Assembly: GCF_009834535.1 (NCBI RefSeq)
Contig: NC_045724.1
Span: 7,254,001-7,318,000 of the forward strand
Direction of reading: 5' to 3'
Source: Camelus ferus
Taxonomy: Eukaryota
DNA: 64,000 nucleotides
The notes below the pieces were generated by a model, which saw nothing but the letters and a program-made list of their open reading frames with translations, was not told where the DNA came from and searched no databases. Position 1 is the first letter of the stretch. Each line of letters opens with the position of its first letter. Shown here piece after piece: positions 36,861 to 50,019 of this stretch. The translations under genes and the position numbers were made by a program.

Positions 36861-39134
36861 GGCTAAGTTTTTGTGTTTATTACTAACATTAAGTCCCTGT
36901 TGATGATGACATTTGAAAGAGATACTTCTCAATACCCTTATATGATGGAATGAAATCAGTTTCCTGTCCCTGGTCTCTTGGATATCAGTTTGGGTGGGAG
37001 GTAAAAGCTTTGTGCCCCCATGTACTTGCATAGGAAGACATAGATTAAGAGCATGCTCTTTTTTCATCTCCTCTTTCTTGTTTCAACTGTGAAATCAGAT
37101 TAAACTCTAAATGTGAAGGAACCTCCCTGTTTCTCTTATCTCACATGTCTGTCTCCCTTACTCCACTGTGAGCTCCTTGAAGGAGGAGCACAATTCTGGT
37201 TATATTTTATTCTCAGTACACATTTTTTTTAGTCTCAAGGAAAATCACATTGGGTGCCTACCTAACATCCAGTGTAGAAAGGGAAGATCTTGACCAGCAG
37301 TGGAACTTGGGTTCCATCTTCCTTGTCAGCTCCAACTGATTGGGAATAACTTAGTTATTGCTGAGCAATGTGATTAGAAGGACTCTGAAGCAGAGACCTG
37401 GGGCACCGAAAAATGCTGCGGCAAATTGGAATTGCTGGGGATTAGCACCGTGAATTGCTACAGCAAACTGCTTACCATGGACATGGGTCATAGGAGGGAG
37501 GGCATGGGTAGCCCATATTTGCCATTAAAAGCAATAACAGGACTGTGTCTTCATTCCTATATGATGTCTTGGTCCCAGACTGGTCATGGACTACTCCCAT
37601 AAGAAAACAGCGCATTGTTCAGGTTATGGATCAGAGCAAAGATAACAAAGTCTCAGACATCTTGGCCTTACTTAAAAAAAAAAAAAATCTATCCAGCCCC
37701 TCATTTTGCCCAATTGCACAGGTATTTTTAGTAGCTCTTGAAAATTGTATTATTGCTAATCTGCATGGTCGCCATACACGGTCTTGAAACGTCATCATAA
37801 GAATTTTGTTCATGGTTCTTTCCTTGAAGCTGCTTAGAAAATAGTTTTGATTTAGTTTAAAAGTCAATGAAAATAATAGGGTTTTTAAAAATTAATCAAA
37901 GAATTTAGCTGCCACTTTAAAAGTTCCACAAGAAATCTTACAGTTTCATTGCTAATTGTTATCTTGACAGTGTATTGTCAAAAGATGTAGGAATAGACCA
38001 AAAACTCTATCACTACACTGTTAGTGATGTCTTTGCCAGACAGGTAGGATTTGGTACAAAAGCTGAACTGAGGGGTAAAACAAACTGAAGAATTAGTATA
38101 TTGGAAATATCGTCCAGCCCCTGGAATGTAAGAAGTAGTCCTGCAGAGCTGTCAATACATTCAATCTTAGATACTTGCATTTGTTTACTTGTTTGTTTTG
38201 TTGTTATTGTTCTGTGAGTCTTCACTTAACATGAGCCTCCATGTCTAGGCTTTGGAGAATAAACCCAAAGAAACATAAATTAATAATAAATCAAGTAAGT
38301 TGATCCATTCATGATAGGTACCTCATCCAAAGTCCAGTTAATGGTGAAGGTAAGCGCTCTAAAAGTATAACTTCAGGATGAGTTGAGAGAGAAACATTCT
38401 GTCACTCTGCATTCTTTCTGAGTTACTTGAAACATTGACGTGATTTTAGGTATTGCTGGGAAATGACACCAAGTCGACAGCTACCCCTCCAGAGCTGCTG
38501 ACTGTCCTCCGCAACATGAGCGCTCCAGGTACACCTCCAACTCAACGAGTCTGAAATGATTTAGGTCATCGCTTCCTGCGTCAAACCCTTTCCTGGTAAT
38601 CTCTGCTGTACTTGGTGTTGAGGCTACGTCCCACAACTGTCTTCAACTCTTCCCCTTTCAGTATTTCCCACTGTTTAATCCGTCACCAGGTCTCTCCGAT
38701 TGTACCTCCTGGTTAGTTCTTGAATGTGCTTCCCCCTCTCCACCTGTGCTCCCACTGTCCTAGTCTGCTCCCATCCTGAACACTGCCTCTTAACTGGCCT
38801 TCTGCTCTCGGGGCCAGCCCCGCCCATATCTTACCCCTTTTACTCTCCTATTTTAAAAATTCATCAATTCTCACTGCTTGTAAGATTAAGATCCTTAATT
38901 ATGTGATCTGACTCCCACCGAACTTTCTGTTTTAATTCCTCATCACCTCCTGACACATCTTGTCTTTCACTTTTCTCTCCTGCAACAGTGCTGTTTCTTC
39001 TCTCTCTTTATATGGAACCCCTTCCCCCTTTCTACTCTCTTCCTTGTCATGGTGTTAATTCCTAATTATTCTTTAATAAAGCCTACCTCAGTCACCATCT
39101 CTTCCTAGAAAGTCTTTTTCTACCTACTACCTAC

Positions 39135-39137
<3 letters not shown>

Positions 39138-39166
<29 letters not shown>
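39138..39166 (+). repeat. (CA)n microsatellite preceded by (CTAC)n
   Basis: Direct reading. Confidence 0.95.
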
Positions 39167-39167
<1 letters not shown>

Positions 39168-40219
39168 ATTGTACCTTTATAATACCCAGTGCCCACATGC
39201 CTGTGTGTGGGTATGTCTGCACCACCATGCTATGAACTCTCTAAAGGGACCTCATGCCATGTTTACCTTTGTATCCATAGTGTCTTATGCTGGTAATCTT
39301 TCTATAGATGTCGACTGAAAAAAAGTGACAGAGTGTATCATTATGAGTGCATGCAACAGAACACAAGCAGAAGCAATATTATCAATTTCAATTTGCAGCA
39401 GATTAACTGAAATGAATAATACAAAATATAGTGACTAAGCAAAGACAATAACTCTTGTTTGTATTTCTAAGTCCCCTAGAAATCACTGAAGCCAATAATG
39501 CTAAAATAAATATAGCAAATATGAATAAATATAATTGTTTATCTTTAGTGTCAAACTCTCATAAATGACCAAGTAATATATCTAAAGGTTTCAAACCAAA
39601 TCAGGATTGTTAAGTAACACACTTCTAAATGAAAATATTTCCACAAAGAAACATTTTTTTTTTTTGAGAAGTTTGAGCCCCGCTTAGAAGGAAAATCTGC
39701 AAAACTGTACTACTATTGTTCAGAGCACAAGACGACTAGAAATATCAGTATTACAAGAATATAAAGAATGGCTAGTTATGCCCCATTCTTTCTTCAATAA
39801 AATAGATCATTTGAGTTTGAATCCTTTATTGGCATTTTTGTCTTTAAAAAGAAAAATCATGGGAATACTTCTTTGCTTATTTTGGAGTCCCTGATGAATC
39901 TTAACAATTCATTCTTTGAATATTTTGGTTATTGTTCATTCTATTTTTACTAGCAGACAGGTTCTTCATATTTTGCTTCACATTTTGCTGAAAATTATGC
40001 AAGCATACGAGCATGACTTAAATATGGATCTGCCACTCTTTAGTCAATTAGTGGGAATGTTGGATCGACGTTAGCGCTCTGAGATTTCAATGAGAGGATA
40101 CTAAGTCAGAGGGACCACAGTTAGAACTCTCTGTTGTTCCATTTAATTTTTACCTTAGATGAATTTAAAATAAGATTGTTTAAACTACTTCTGTGTATCT
40201 TGCAAATATCCCATAATAA

Positions 40220-40385
40220 AAAGTTAATGAATGTGGGTTCTGTCAATAGAATGCTTGGATTTGAATCCTGGCTCTGCCATTTTAACCATATGACCCTGCA
40301 CAAGTTACTGTGCCTCAGTTTCCTCACCTATAAATGGAAATAACAGTGTATCAACTTCTTAGGGTATGAAAATTAAATTAATTAA
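40220..40385 (+). mobile_element. MIR
   Basis: ggatttgaatcctggctctgccatt...tgaccctgcacaagttact...cctcagtttcctcacctataaatgg. Confidence 0.8.
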
Positions 40386-40424
40386 TGTAAAAGAAAGGAA
40401 GGAAGTAGATGTGTAAGGGAACAG

Positions 40425-40590
40425 AGACTTGAGACTGTGGGACTGATGTGATTCAAGTTCTTGGATCCAGTTCCCCAAGACTCATATTGCTCTCTGTAGA
40501 TCCTATAAAACACTCCAGAATCCTTTAATCAATTCTCCTTTTTGCTTAAGTAGGTTCAAATTGTGGCTCTGTCACTTGCAACTTAAAACA
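40425..40590 (+). mobile_element. MLT1 (ERVL-MaLR) LTR 3' part
   Basis: aatcaattctcctttttgcttaagtaggtt...ctctgtcacttgcaac is the typical MLT1 terminus. Confidence 0.65.
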
Positions 40591-40769
40591 AGATAAGTAG
40601 ATACTTTCAATCTAACATCCTATGAGATTTGAAGTCTTATGCATGTGCTGGAACAGCCAGTCTTTGACTGGGTACTTTTCTGGAGTTGTCACTTGTACTC
40701 CAAGATGGTCAGCCTCTCAGTCTGAGTAAAGCATGTGATGTTTAGCTTAGAATTTAGGAGACTTCTTGC

Positions 40770-40912
40770 GGGAGGGTATAGCTCAGTGGTAGAGCACATG
40801 CTTAGCATGTATAAGGTCCTGGGTTCAATCCTAGTATCTCCATTAAAAAAAAAACAAAACAAAACCCTTATTACCCTACTACCTCTTCCCACCAAATATA
40901 CATTTTAAAAAA
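40770..40912 (+). mobile_element. vic-1-type SINE
   Basis: gggagggtatagctcagtggtagagcacatgcttagc head; degenerate TSD gaatttag. Confidence 0.88.
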
Positions 40913-41547
40913 TTGAATTTAGAAGCCTTCCTTGTATTATTGTTTGCTTGATGATTGATTGATTGTAAACTTTAAAAAAGTTAACTTGACTGTTTTACTA
41001 TTTCATTTAAATTAAAAGATTTAAAGTTGACTTTTGTACTTTTAATAGTTGCATGTCTGAAATAATGGTACTTTGGTACTTTGTTTTTCAAAATTCTCTA
41101 GACCAGTTATCTCCAAAATACCGTGATCTATTGGGATACATGAAGAAATGGATACCATTTTTATTTCTATTTATTTGCATCTATACAATAAAACAATTAC
41201 CAATATTTAATGTAGAGATTGACAATATTTTATGATTTATAAATAAATACAACTTACAGCACTGCTTACTAAAATATTATTTTTCTCATAGGCATGAGAA
41301 GTCAAAAAGTTTATACCAGGGATCTGTACCCAGGAGCAATCTAGCCCGCACACTTCTCTCCCCAGGAGGGACAGGGATCCTGCCATAGCTCCAGGTTTCC
41401 CTCTTCTAAAAAAGGAAAAAAAAGAAAAATTTTAGGATCACCATCCTTAGCCAGTGAGTTTCAAATCCTCCTTTATCACAATGGCTGATACAGCCCAGCC
41501 CAAGCCTCACTTTTCTAACCGCTTACTTCTTCAAATTGAATTTAGGT

Positions 41548-41705
41548 GGGGGAGGGGAGAGTATTGTTCAATGGTAGAGGGCATGCCTAGCATGCACAAG
41601 GTCCTGGGTTCAATCCCCAGTACCTCCATCAAAAAAATAATAATAATAAAAATTTTAAAATAAAACTAATTACCTCCCTCTGCAAAAAAATTAAAAAATA
41701 AAAAG
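41548..41705 (+). mobile_element. vic-1-type SINE
   Basis: Head plus bipartite tail; TSD ttgaatttagg (41536-41546 and 41706-41716). Confidence 0.9.
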
Positions 41706-41719
41706 TTGAATTTAGGACA

Positions 41720-42522
41720 TTCACTCTCCACACTCTTCTGGTTCATCTGGGGGTCCCAATGCCATTAATTAACACCACCTTCTTACTTACTTTAGAAATA
41801 TGGCCAGCCATTCCAGAAACATGCCCATGTCTCATATTCTAATAAAATCAAACACCAAATCCTATCTATTCCACATCTTATATATTTCTTAAATCCATCC
41901 AGTTCTCTCTATCCAATGAGAGGTACTATCAAGTCTTACTTGCACTGTTGCAATAACCCTCCTAATTAGGTTTTCTGCATTCAAGTTGAATTTTTTTCCA
42001 ATTTATTCTCCACCAAGCAGACATAGTGATTTCTTTAAAACACAAAACTGGTCTTGCCCCTCTCTAGTTTAAAATCCTTTAATGTCTTAGGATAAAGCCC
42101 CAAATCTCTAAGTCCCCATATGATCTCCCTCACTCCACCTCCCTACTCTCTTTACCAAGCTCCACCCAAACTGGTTCCCTTCCAATCTTCAAACACCATG
42201 CTGCTTTCTGCCTTGAGATGTAATGGTACAACATTGCACATAATGTTCACGCTGCTTTGAATGCTCTCACCTGCTCACTTGCCTGACAAACTCCTATGTA
42301 TCTTTTAGTTTCCAACTTAAGCATCAGTTGCTAAGGACCCTCCAGAGTAGCTCAGATCCTCCGCTCTCAAAGTACCTTGTGCTTTTCATTCAAAGCATGT
42401 CTATATTACTGTCTTCCTGCCCCATTAAAACAAGCTCCTTGAGAGCAGGAACAATATCCCTAACGCCAAGCACAGCATCTGACACAAAGTACTCATGACT
42501 ATTTGTTGCATAAATGAATGAA
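41720..42522 (+). mobile_element. L2 3' relic
   Basis: aatccatccagttctctc...ttgcaataaccctcctaatt...aagctccttgagagcagga...tatttgttgcataaatgaatgaat. Confidence 0.7.
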
Positions 42523-44191
42523 TGACTAGCTTTAACTGTGGTCAGTTCCTTCCTCTGCTCATTTTCCTAAATGACTACTTTAGGTATAAATTTTCCTATT
42601 TATTCTCATTTGTTTATTCGTTTATTCTACAAATAATTGTTCTAGGTACCACTCACTTTCCACTGACTTGTGGTTCTTGTTTATGTTTCTCAGAATATCA
42701 TTTATAACCAATTTATAAAATTTACGGTTTCTTAAAAAAAGAAATTTACGGTTTCTACCCAAACTTGAGTCCTAGTCATTGCACTACCGCTCACTAATTG
42801 TAGGGCTTGGAAGCAAGTTAATTAATTATATCTATCATAGAGGGTAATTATGAGGTCTCAGTGGTAGAAAGTGAATTAAGCACTCAATACAGTTCATAGC
42901 ACCCAGTTGGAGCTCAGTGAACGTTCTCTTCTGGGTGGCCTTAGTGGAAGGACTCGGTCCCTGCTCCCTCCAGGGAGTAGCTCTGACTCCCTTCTCCCTG
43001 AACACTAATCAGAAAGGTCTCTGAGCTGAAATTCAAGGAGATCTCTCCAGTTTGACTCTCTTATTAACTTCATGAGTAATTAAGTTTTCTGTCTGGTGAG
43101 TAAAACTTGGATCTGATTTCCGTAATTTAGGCTGTTATCTGTGTGCTTAACAAAGGAGAAAATTACAATTTTCCACGGATCTTATCCTCTCTTTCCACAA
43201 CAATCAAACAGAAGATCAGTGTAAAGGCAGGATATGGAGTTGGTTCTGAAATCAAGAAGGCCGTCCATTAAGCTGTTAGAATAAGGCGGGCACGAGGTGA
43301 TGAGGGCCTGTTGGCAAGAGGACCAAAAAGGAGGAGAGAGGGAGGAGAAGCATCCTAAAGGGAGGTCTTTTCTGATGAGCAATCTGAAGCAGCTACTCTC
43401 TACCTATCACTTGGTTCTAATTCTCCATGAAGCACTTACCGTCACCTGACATTTTTCTTCTGTGTTTGTTGCATGTCTCCCTCCACTAGAATGTCAGTTC
43501 CAAAAGAGAAGGAACCTTGTCTGTGCTATTTACTATTACTATATACCTAGCACGGAGAACAACAGTGCACCACTTGGTGTTGAGTTGTGGAATGAATAAA
43601 TTGCTACTGGAAATGGGAAGCAACCACATAGAATTGAAATAATTTCAAAGTTTAAAGCTTGACCGAGAAAATAAGGTACCAATGACAACATAGAGGGAGT
43701 AGAAAGGTTTTGTTTTATTTCGTTTGTTTTCTTGTAGGAAGAGATAGGAGTTTAAATAGTTTTAGATACGTTGAGTTGAAATGATGATAAATCTCTAAAG
43801 GTAAGAATTTCTGATGGATGGTTATGTATACTACAGGATTCACTTTGAATATGAAATTTAAACAAAACAAAACTGCACTTTGGTTCCAGACCCTGTCCTA
43901 GGCCCAAAGGACACGAAGATAAACAGCAGCCTTTGCCCTTAGGGAGCCCTTAATTAACAGGAGAAAACAGACAACTAATTGTGATATAAAATAAAAGTTA
44001 GGATAACAGAATGATAAACATAGTGTAACGGGAACACAGAGGAGGGAATAATTAAAAAAAAAGAGATGGAAGGGAGCTGTGTAAGAGTGTTAATCATAAT
44101 TGTCTCAGGATGGTGGGATTATGTGTGATTTTTATTTCCTTCTTGATAGTTTTCTGAACTTCCAAGGTTCCTATAAAGAACCATAAATACT

Positions 44192-44330
44192 GGGGGAGGG
44201 TATAGCTCAGTGGTAGAGTGCATGTTTATAGCAAGCAGGAGGTCATAAGTTCCATCCCTAGTACTTCAGTTAAGTTAAAAAAAAAAAAAAGTAAATAAGT
44301 ATACCTAATTACCTCCCCCCCAAAACAAAC
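44192..44330 (+). mobile_element. vic-1-type SINE
   Basis: Perfect 17-bp TSD aaagaaccataaatact (44175-44191 and 44331-44347). Confidence 0.92.
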
Positions 44331-45505
44331 AAAGAACCATAAATACTAAAATGTGAAAAGTGTATCATATAGTCATAGATTTTATTTGCTTATTTATTAA
44401 TTTGTTTAACAAATAAGTATTTGTTTAGTGCCTACTACGTACTTAAAGCTTTCCTCAGTGCTAGAATTAGAAGCTTAGAGGTTCACAAGCCATTTATTTG
44501 AGTGGTTAGACCTTAGGTAGTTAGTGATGACCTCAGGTAGTTAGTGCAGGACTAGAGCAGGGGTCACTTGCTTTTGGTTCTGGACTCTCCTCATTTTATC
44601 ATTTTAAAACCATGCACAAGAAGGACATGGTTTGACTAACCACATAATCAAATAGCAGTAACTTCCTGAGTGGACATCCCTTCCATTTCCCTTTGATACA
44701 CTATCCTCACACTCTTCATTCAAAAGCTCCATTTTGTAAATGTCTCTAGTCTGAAAGCTTCAAAGGCTTCTCATTACCTCCCAAATGAAGGACAGTCAAG
44801 GCCTTCCTCAGTCTGATGTTTCCCCACTTCTCAGATATTATATTTGGTCTGCTCATTCATTCAGCCAAAAAATGAGAAGGAACTAACTTGGCTAATGGTA
44901 GGGAACGAGTTTCTTAAGTAGAACAGCACATGCAGAGACCCTAAGATGGGAAAGGCTTTCTGATATTGGAGGAATTGGAAGAAGATTCTTGCCAAGAGGG
45001 AAGTGAATGAGAGAGGAGGGTAGGTGAGATTTTGTGGGAGGTAGGCAGGGGCCAGATCCGGAGGGCCTCATAGGCCGTAATAGGACATCATGATATTATT
45101 CTAAGGACATACTTAAGACATATTTTGGAGGTAAAAGTTATGAAGACCTTATAAAATAAAAAATTGAACAAACTTAGTAAAGTACGAGATACTGTGTATG
45201 CTTTGGGTTTTACCAGCAGCGCTCTGAGCCTTGTTGATCTGAGAGGATGGCCCTGAGCTGCTCTGCTGCCCGTGGGGCTTCACTGGGTCTGCTCTTTGCA
45301 TCACCCGTTTTATCCAACTAAATCTGCTCTTTTTGAAAAACTTACCCTGTTCTTAAATTCTCCATATAAAATCCATGTATTCAAGAAATACTCATTACAC
45401 AAAAAATACTGTGCTCCCATAAATCTGTATAGTTAGCAGATTTCAATATAAATTGATCCAAAATGTAGATTATATGTTATTTTCATTCAAAGATACAGTC
45501 ATCCT

Positions 45506-45537
45506 ATACATACCTGGCAGGGGAGATACCATGATCC
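45506..45537 (+). pseudogene. U1 snRNA 5'-fragment retropseudogene (tailless)
   Basis: ATACATACCTGGCAGGGGAGATACCATGATC matches U1 nt 1-31 (ATACTTACCTGGCAGGGGAGATACCATGATC) at 30/31. Flanked by a 17-bp TSD caaagat(a/g)cagtcatcc. Confidence 0.88.
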
Positions 45538-45545
45538 CAAAGATG

Positions 45546-45919
45546 CAGTCATCCCCTCCGGGTCTCCCTGCGATTGGTTCTAGGACAACCCCCGCCCCAA
45601 CCCTACCATCTATNNNNNNNNNNNNNNNNNNNNNNNNNNNNNNNNNNNNNNNNNNNNNNNNNNNNNNNNNNNNNNNNNNNNNNNNNNNNNNNNNNNNNNN
45701 NNNNNNNNNNNNNNNNNNNNNNNNNNNNNNNNNNNNNNNNNNNNNNNNNNNNNNNNNNNNNNNNNNNNNNNNNNNNNNNNNNNNNNNNNNNNNNNNNNNN
45801 NNNNNNNNNNNNNNNNNNNNNNNNNNNNNNNNNNNNNNTTATTTTTTTTCCCAAATAATTTCAATCGGTGGTTGGTGGAATCTGTGAATGCAGAACCAGA
45901 GAAAATGGAGGGCTGACTG
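45546..45919. mobile_element. MER2-like Tigger (TcMar) non-autonomous DNA transposon; middle is an N-run
   Basis: Termini cagtcatcccctc...gattggttctaggac and ggaatctgtgaatgcagaacc...ggagggctgactg followed by TA. Confidence 0.8.
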
Positions 45920-47262
45920 TATAATTGCTCTGTAAACGGCTCTTTAACTACAAAAGAAGCTCCTTTATCAAACTATGAGAATTATGTGCTGTCATAAGCA
46001 AAGTATGTTGATAGAAAATAACAGAACAGAATTATAATTTGCACTGGAATTTAAGGTTATGTCTAAATAAATAATGACAAATTAACTGAGTAAAGAATAT
46101 TAAGAATAACCATCACATTGAAATACACCTTTGATTTTAGAACCCTTCTTTTATTTAAAAAATGTACTCCAGTAAATTAATCTTAGTGAATTTTCCTATA
46201 CCTTGGTAAACCCACACATGCTTCTATACAAATACGAAGTCCCCACACCTGCCAAAACAAAATTAAAAATGCTTCTTTTGCTCTAAATTAACCTTAACAT
46301 TCTTTGAGGAGGTTCAAATAAATAAATCCAATCACTCCCAATAATGACAAGCTCTAGCCTGTCTGTCTACCTCAAGTCCTAGCTTTTGTCTAAAGCAAGT
46401 GGATCAACATCTTCATTGCTGGGGTTTTCTCCAACCTAGATTTGATAGGTTATCAACAGCTTAAAAAAAAAAAAAACAAACATCATCACAGCCTTCCTTA
46501 GCTTTTTCCTCCCCACTCCCCAAAACCCCTTTCTTTCCCACAAAAGATCATATGACTCATTTTTTCAAAATGCCATCGTCTATTACCTTCCTTTTATCAC
46601 ACAGTTGCACAGGTTTTTCCTTCTTGAGAAACTTCTGATAAATATTTGCCTAATATTATTTTTAAGTTTAGTTGTCTGTGAATGTTTTAATAAGGAAAGA
46701 GTTAATGATTTGAGTCTTCTCTTTCCCTATTGCTCTTTCAGTGCACCTCAAGTACTAGGCAGACTAAAGCGAGAATTTTCAAGGGCTTATGGTTCTAAGC
46801 ACCCCAAGGGGAGCCTCGGTTGGTCCCCTTGGTTCTTCATGCCCAAAAGCTGACTGGGACTTCTGAGCATCTGTGTTTTCCTGTGTAGTCTTTGTCACTG
46901 CTGATTAACTGGATGGGCCCCCAAAGAAAAGGTTCATCTTAACAGATCCATGTATGTTATTTAGGAACAAGAAGAGAGTTTCCCTGCCATGGTCAGAACT
47001 TGCCATCAAGACATTTTCCTTCTTCCAAATGTACAGACTCTTTTTGAATTTTATTTTGACAGGCTTCAATTTAACTCTAATTACAACTAAGAATAGTATG
47101 GCTTCTTGATTGCACCTCTTTGTATTTATTTATTTACTTTCATTTATTCATGATCTGGTCAAGTGTGTGTTCTCTGTCTCTGAATGTTTCCTAAACAGTG
47201 ACATTTATAGGCTACATAGTTTGTCTCGTCAATAATGGAAAATTGAGAAACAATATGGTAGA

Positions 47263-47319
47263 TAGCAAGGCTTCAAGATGGTGGAATAGAAGGACGCAGA
47301 GTTCATCTTCTCCCACAAC
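47263..47319 (+). mobile_element. Isolated LINE-1 5'-terminal fragment with TSD
   Basis: cttcaagatggtggaatagaaggacgcagagttcatcttctcccacaa resembles laurasiatherian L1 5' starts (CAAGATGGCG YY1 motif, CpG-decayed). TSD aacaa(t/c)atggtaga at 47249-47262 and 47320-47333. Confidence 0.7.
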
Positions 47320-48756
47320 AACAACATGGTAGAAATTGGTTTGTGTTTTCTTATAGGCAATGTAAAGTCATTATTACATATACATACATATACAAACATA
47401 TACATAGTGTATAAATATATCCCCTGAATGTGTGAAGTTTCCATTTCTTCCTGACTCCCTTCCTCCATCCCTTCTGACCAGATCTCAAGTTTATATCAGC
47501 TATTAGCAGAACAACTATTTCTTACAACAAGAGAAACATCTAAATGGTTTTCTAGGGATGGCAGTCCTGAACTAAATTCCTGGTTTTTCCATGACCTTCC
47601 TCTCATCAGCAGTGCCAGAACCTTCACTGTCAGCATGGAGATGTTGGAAACTTTGGAAACTGGAAAGGCAATTGAACGAAGACAACTTTCCCAGGAGCTC
47701 GGTCTCTGGAACTGGGACCTTTCCAGCCTGAGCTGGACATTCTAAGCAAGACGCTTAACTTTTCTGAGCCTCACTTTTCCTTTCTGTTAAATAGGAATAA
47801 TACTTTACAGTTTCAAATGTATATCAAAGTGTATTGTAAGGTGATATACTAATGCTAATTGTTGCTATCTTTAAAAGTAAAGGTGGAAATTGTAAATAAA
47901 CACATAAATAAAGTAGGAACTTAAAGAATCAAATTTTGGAGACTCTGGTACAAAAATACCTTGTCTTAACCTGAATTTCCCCCTATTAAATTGAATTACA
48001 TTCTCCCTCTCCATAATATAAATGTTTGAAGTAATATATGTTCACTTATATGTCTTTTTTAGAAAGAGCTCTGCAAATATTCAGAATCCATTAGTCATTC
48101 ACATATGGTGTTCAAATAGAATGCTTTAATGGTAAGTTAAGAAAAGTACACTGAGGACACAGGAGTTTTATTAGGGAAGAAAGAAGCAATCGTTAGGAAT
48201 TGAGACATTTATAAGGAGTTGGAACAGGTCCAAATGGAAGGAAGCAGTGAGGACCTGGGACAGCATGGAGGCCTAGAGAAATACCAGGAGAGAGAGAGAA
48301 TGAAGAGAAAGGAGGTGATAACAAGACACACTTTACCTTTTCTAGAATTTTCCTCCTGATAGAGAAAAGCATTCCACTCTCCTCAGTAATACCTCCAGGA
48401 CCCAGAATTCAAGCAAGCAGTAAACATCCTAGGTTGACCAGGTTTTTGTGCACTTGCCTGGGAACTCAACCATCATCATGTTTCTGAAAGAAAAAAAAAA
48501 TGTATTCCAACTTTCAAAGAGCCAATCCTCAAATGCATTTTTGGAATGCAATCTGTTTGAAAGTGAAGTAACCGGGTGGCTTGTATAAACTTATCTTTCA
48601 AAAAACAGTTGGAGTTAGAAACATATCAACGTCTATGAAAAAACTGGTTTCTAATGGATCTTTCGGAGCTATCTTTTGTCCTTTTTGGAAGGAGATGGGC
48701 TATAAATATATAAATGAGGTGTATAGATAAAAACATTTAGGTAGATTTTGAGATTA

Positions 48757-49304
48757 TTTTTAACATTTTTTATTGATTTATAATCATTTTACAGTGTTGT
48801 GTGAAATTCCAATGTAGAGCACAATTTTTCAGTTATACATGAACATATATATATTCATTGTCACATTTTTTTCTCTGTGAGCTACCATAACATCTTGTGT
48901 GTATTTCCCTGTGCTATACAGTATAATCTTCTTTACCTATTCTACAGTTTTGAAATCTCGTCTATCCCTTCCCACCCTCCGCCCCCTTGGCAACCACAAG
49001 TTTGTATTCTATGTCTGTGAGTCTATTTCTATTTTGTATTTATGCTTTGTTTTTGGTTTTTTTTTAGATTCCAGATATGAACCATCTTATATTGTATTTT
49101 TCTTTCTCTTTCTGGCTTACTTTACTTAGAATGNNNNNNNNNNNNNNNNNNNNNNNNNNNNNNNNNNNNNNNNNNNNNNNNNNNNNNNNNNNNNNNNNNN
49201 NNNNNNNNNNNNNNNNNNNNNNNNNNNNNNNNNNNNNNNNNNNNNNNNNNNNNNNNNNNNNNNNNNNNNNNNNNNNNNNNNNNNNNNNNNNNNNNNNNNN
49301 NNNN
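48757..49304 (-). mobile_element. Young camelid-type LINE-1 3' end (continues into N-run)
   Basis: aacattttttattgatttataatcattttac...ttccctgtgctatacagtataatc...ccttggcaaccacaagtttgtattctatgtctgtgagtct is a typical L1 3'UTR read antisense. Confidence 0.85.
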
Positions 49305-50019
49305 TTGTAAAAAAACAGAGCTCTGAAATAGTTTCACCATGTTCAGACATCCTGGATATCTTTATTTCCCCAAAGCCCCAAAATCAACCCTTCACTTTAG
49401 GATATGATGGTGCTTCCTATCCTAACAATAATCTCATCTACCCAAAATAACACTTATGAGAACAAAAATTTTGCAAAACATTTATAATACTGTAGCCATG
49501 TCCGTGGTTTATTTAAACCCCTTTGGAGAATTTAGAATGACTTAAGCTCACAACTTAAAAAATAAAATGGCAGATTGAGGTGAAATAACAAAGCTTGTCA
49601 AGTACTCGAACTTTTTTCAGTCAGGCTAGATATAACTTAGAATTTCTTACTCAGATAAATGACATGAATAATGAAAGTTATTCTTTACTAAATTATTCCA
49701 GCCAACTCATTCCTTTTACATACTGGCGTATGGCTACAAACCCAGTAAAATTTTTGTTCGAGAGAAGAACGAACCTATTTTTCCTTCTAAGGGCAGTTAC
49801 CCGTAAATAGGGTAACTATAATTGATGATCCAAACCAGGACACTCTTCTCCAGAAAACTGCTAGGCCAGATGAGCTCTCAGACAATAGGCATAAAACAAG
49901 ACTATCCTAGGAAATCACAACTCTGGTACTCGATTCATAGCCGCGTTTTGGCTACCCAAATTTCCCTCTGAACCCAGCGTGCTCTGGACAGAGAGGCAGA
50001 CAGCATGGCTTAGTGCAAA

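Noticed and set aside
45506-45537. Functional U1 snRNA gene
   Set aside because: Only 31 of about 164 nt are present, with no Sm site, PSE or 3' box, and it is flanked by a TSD.
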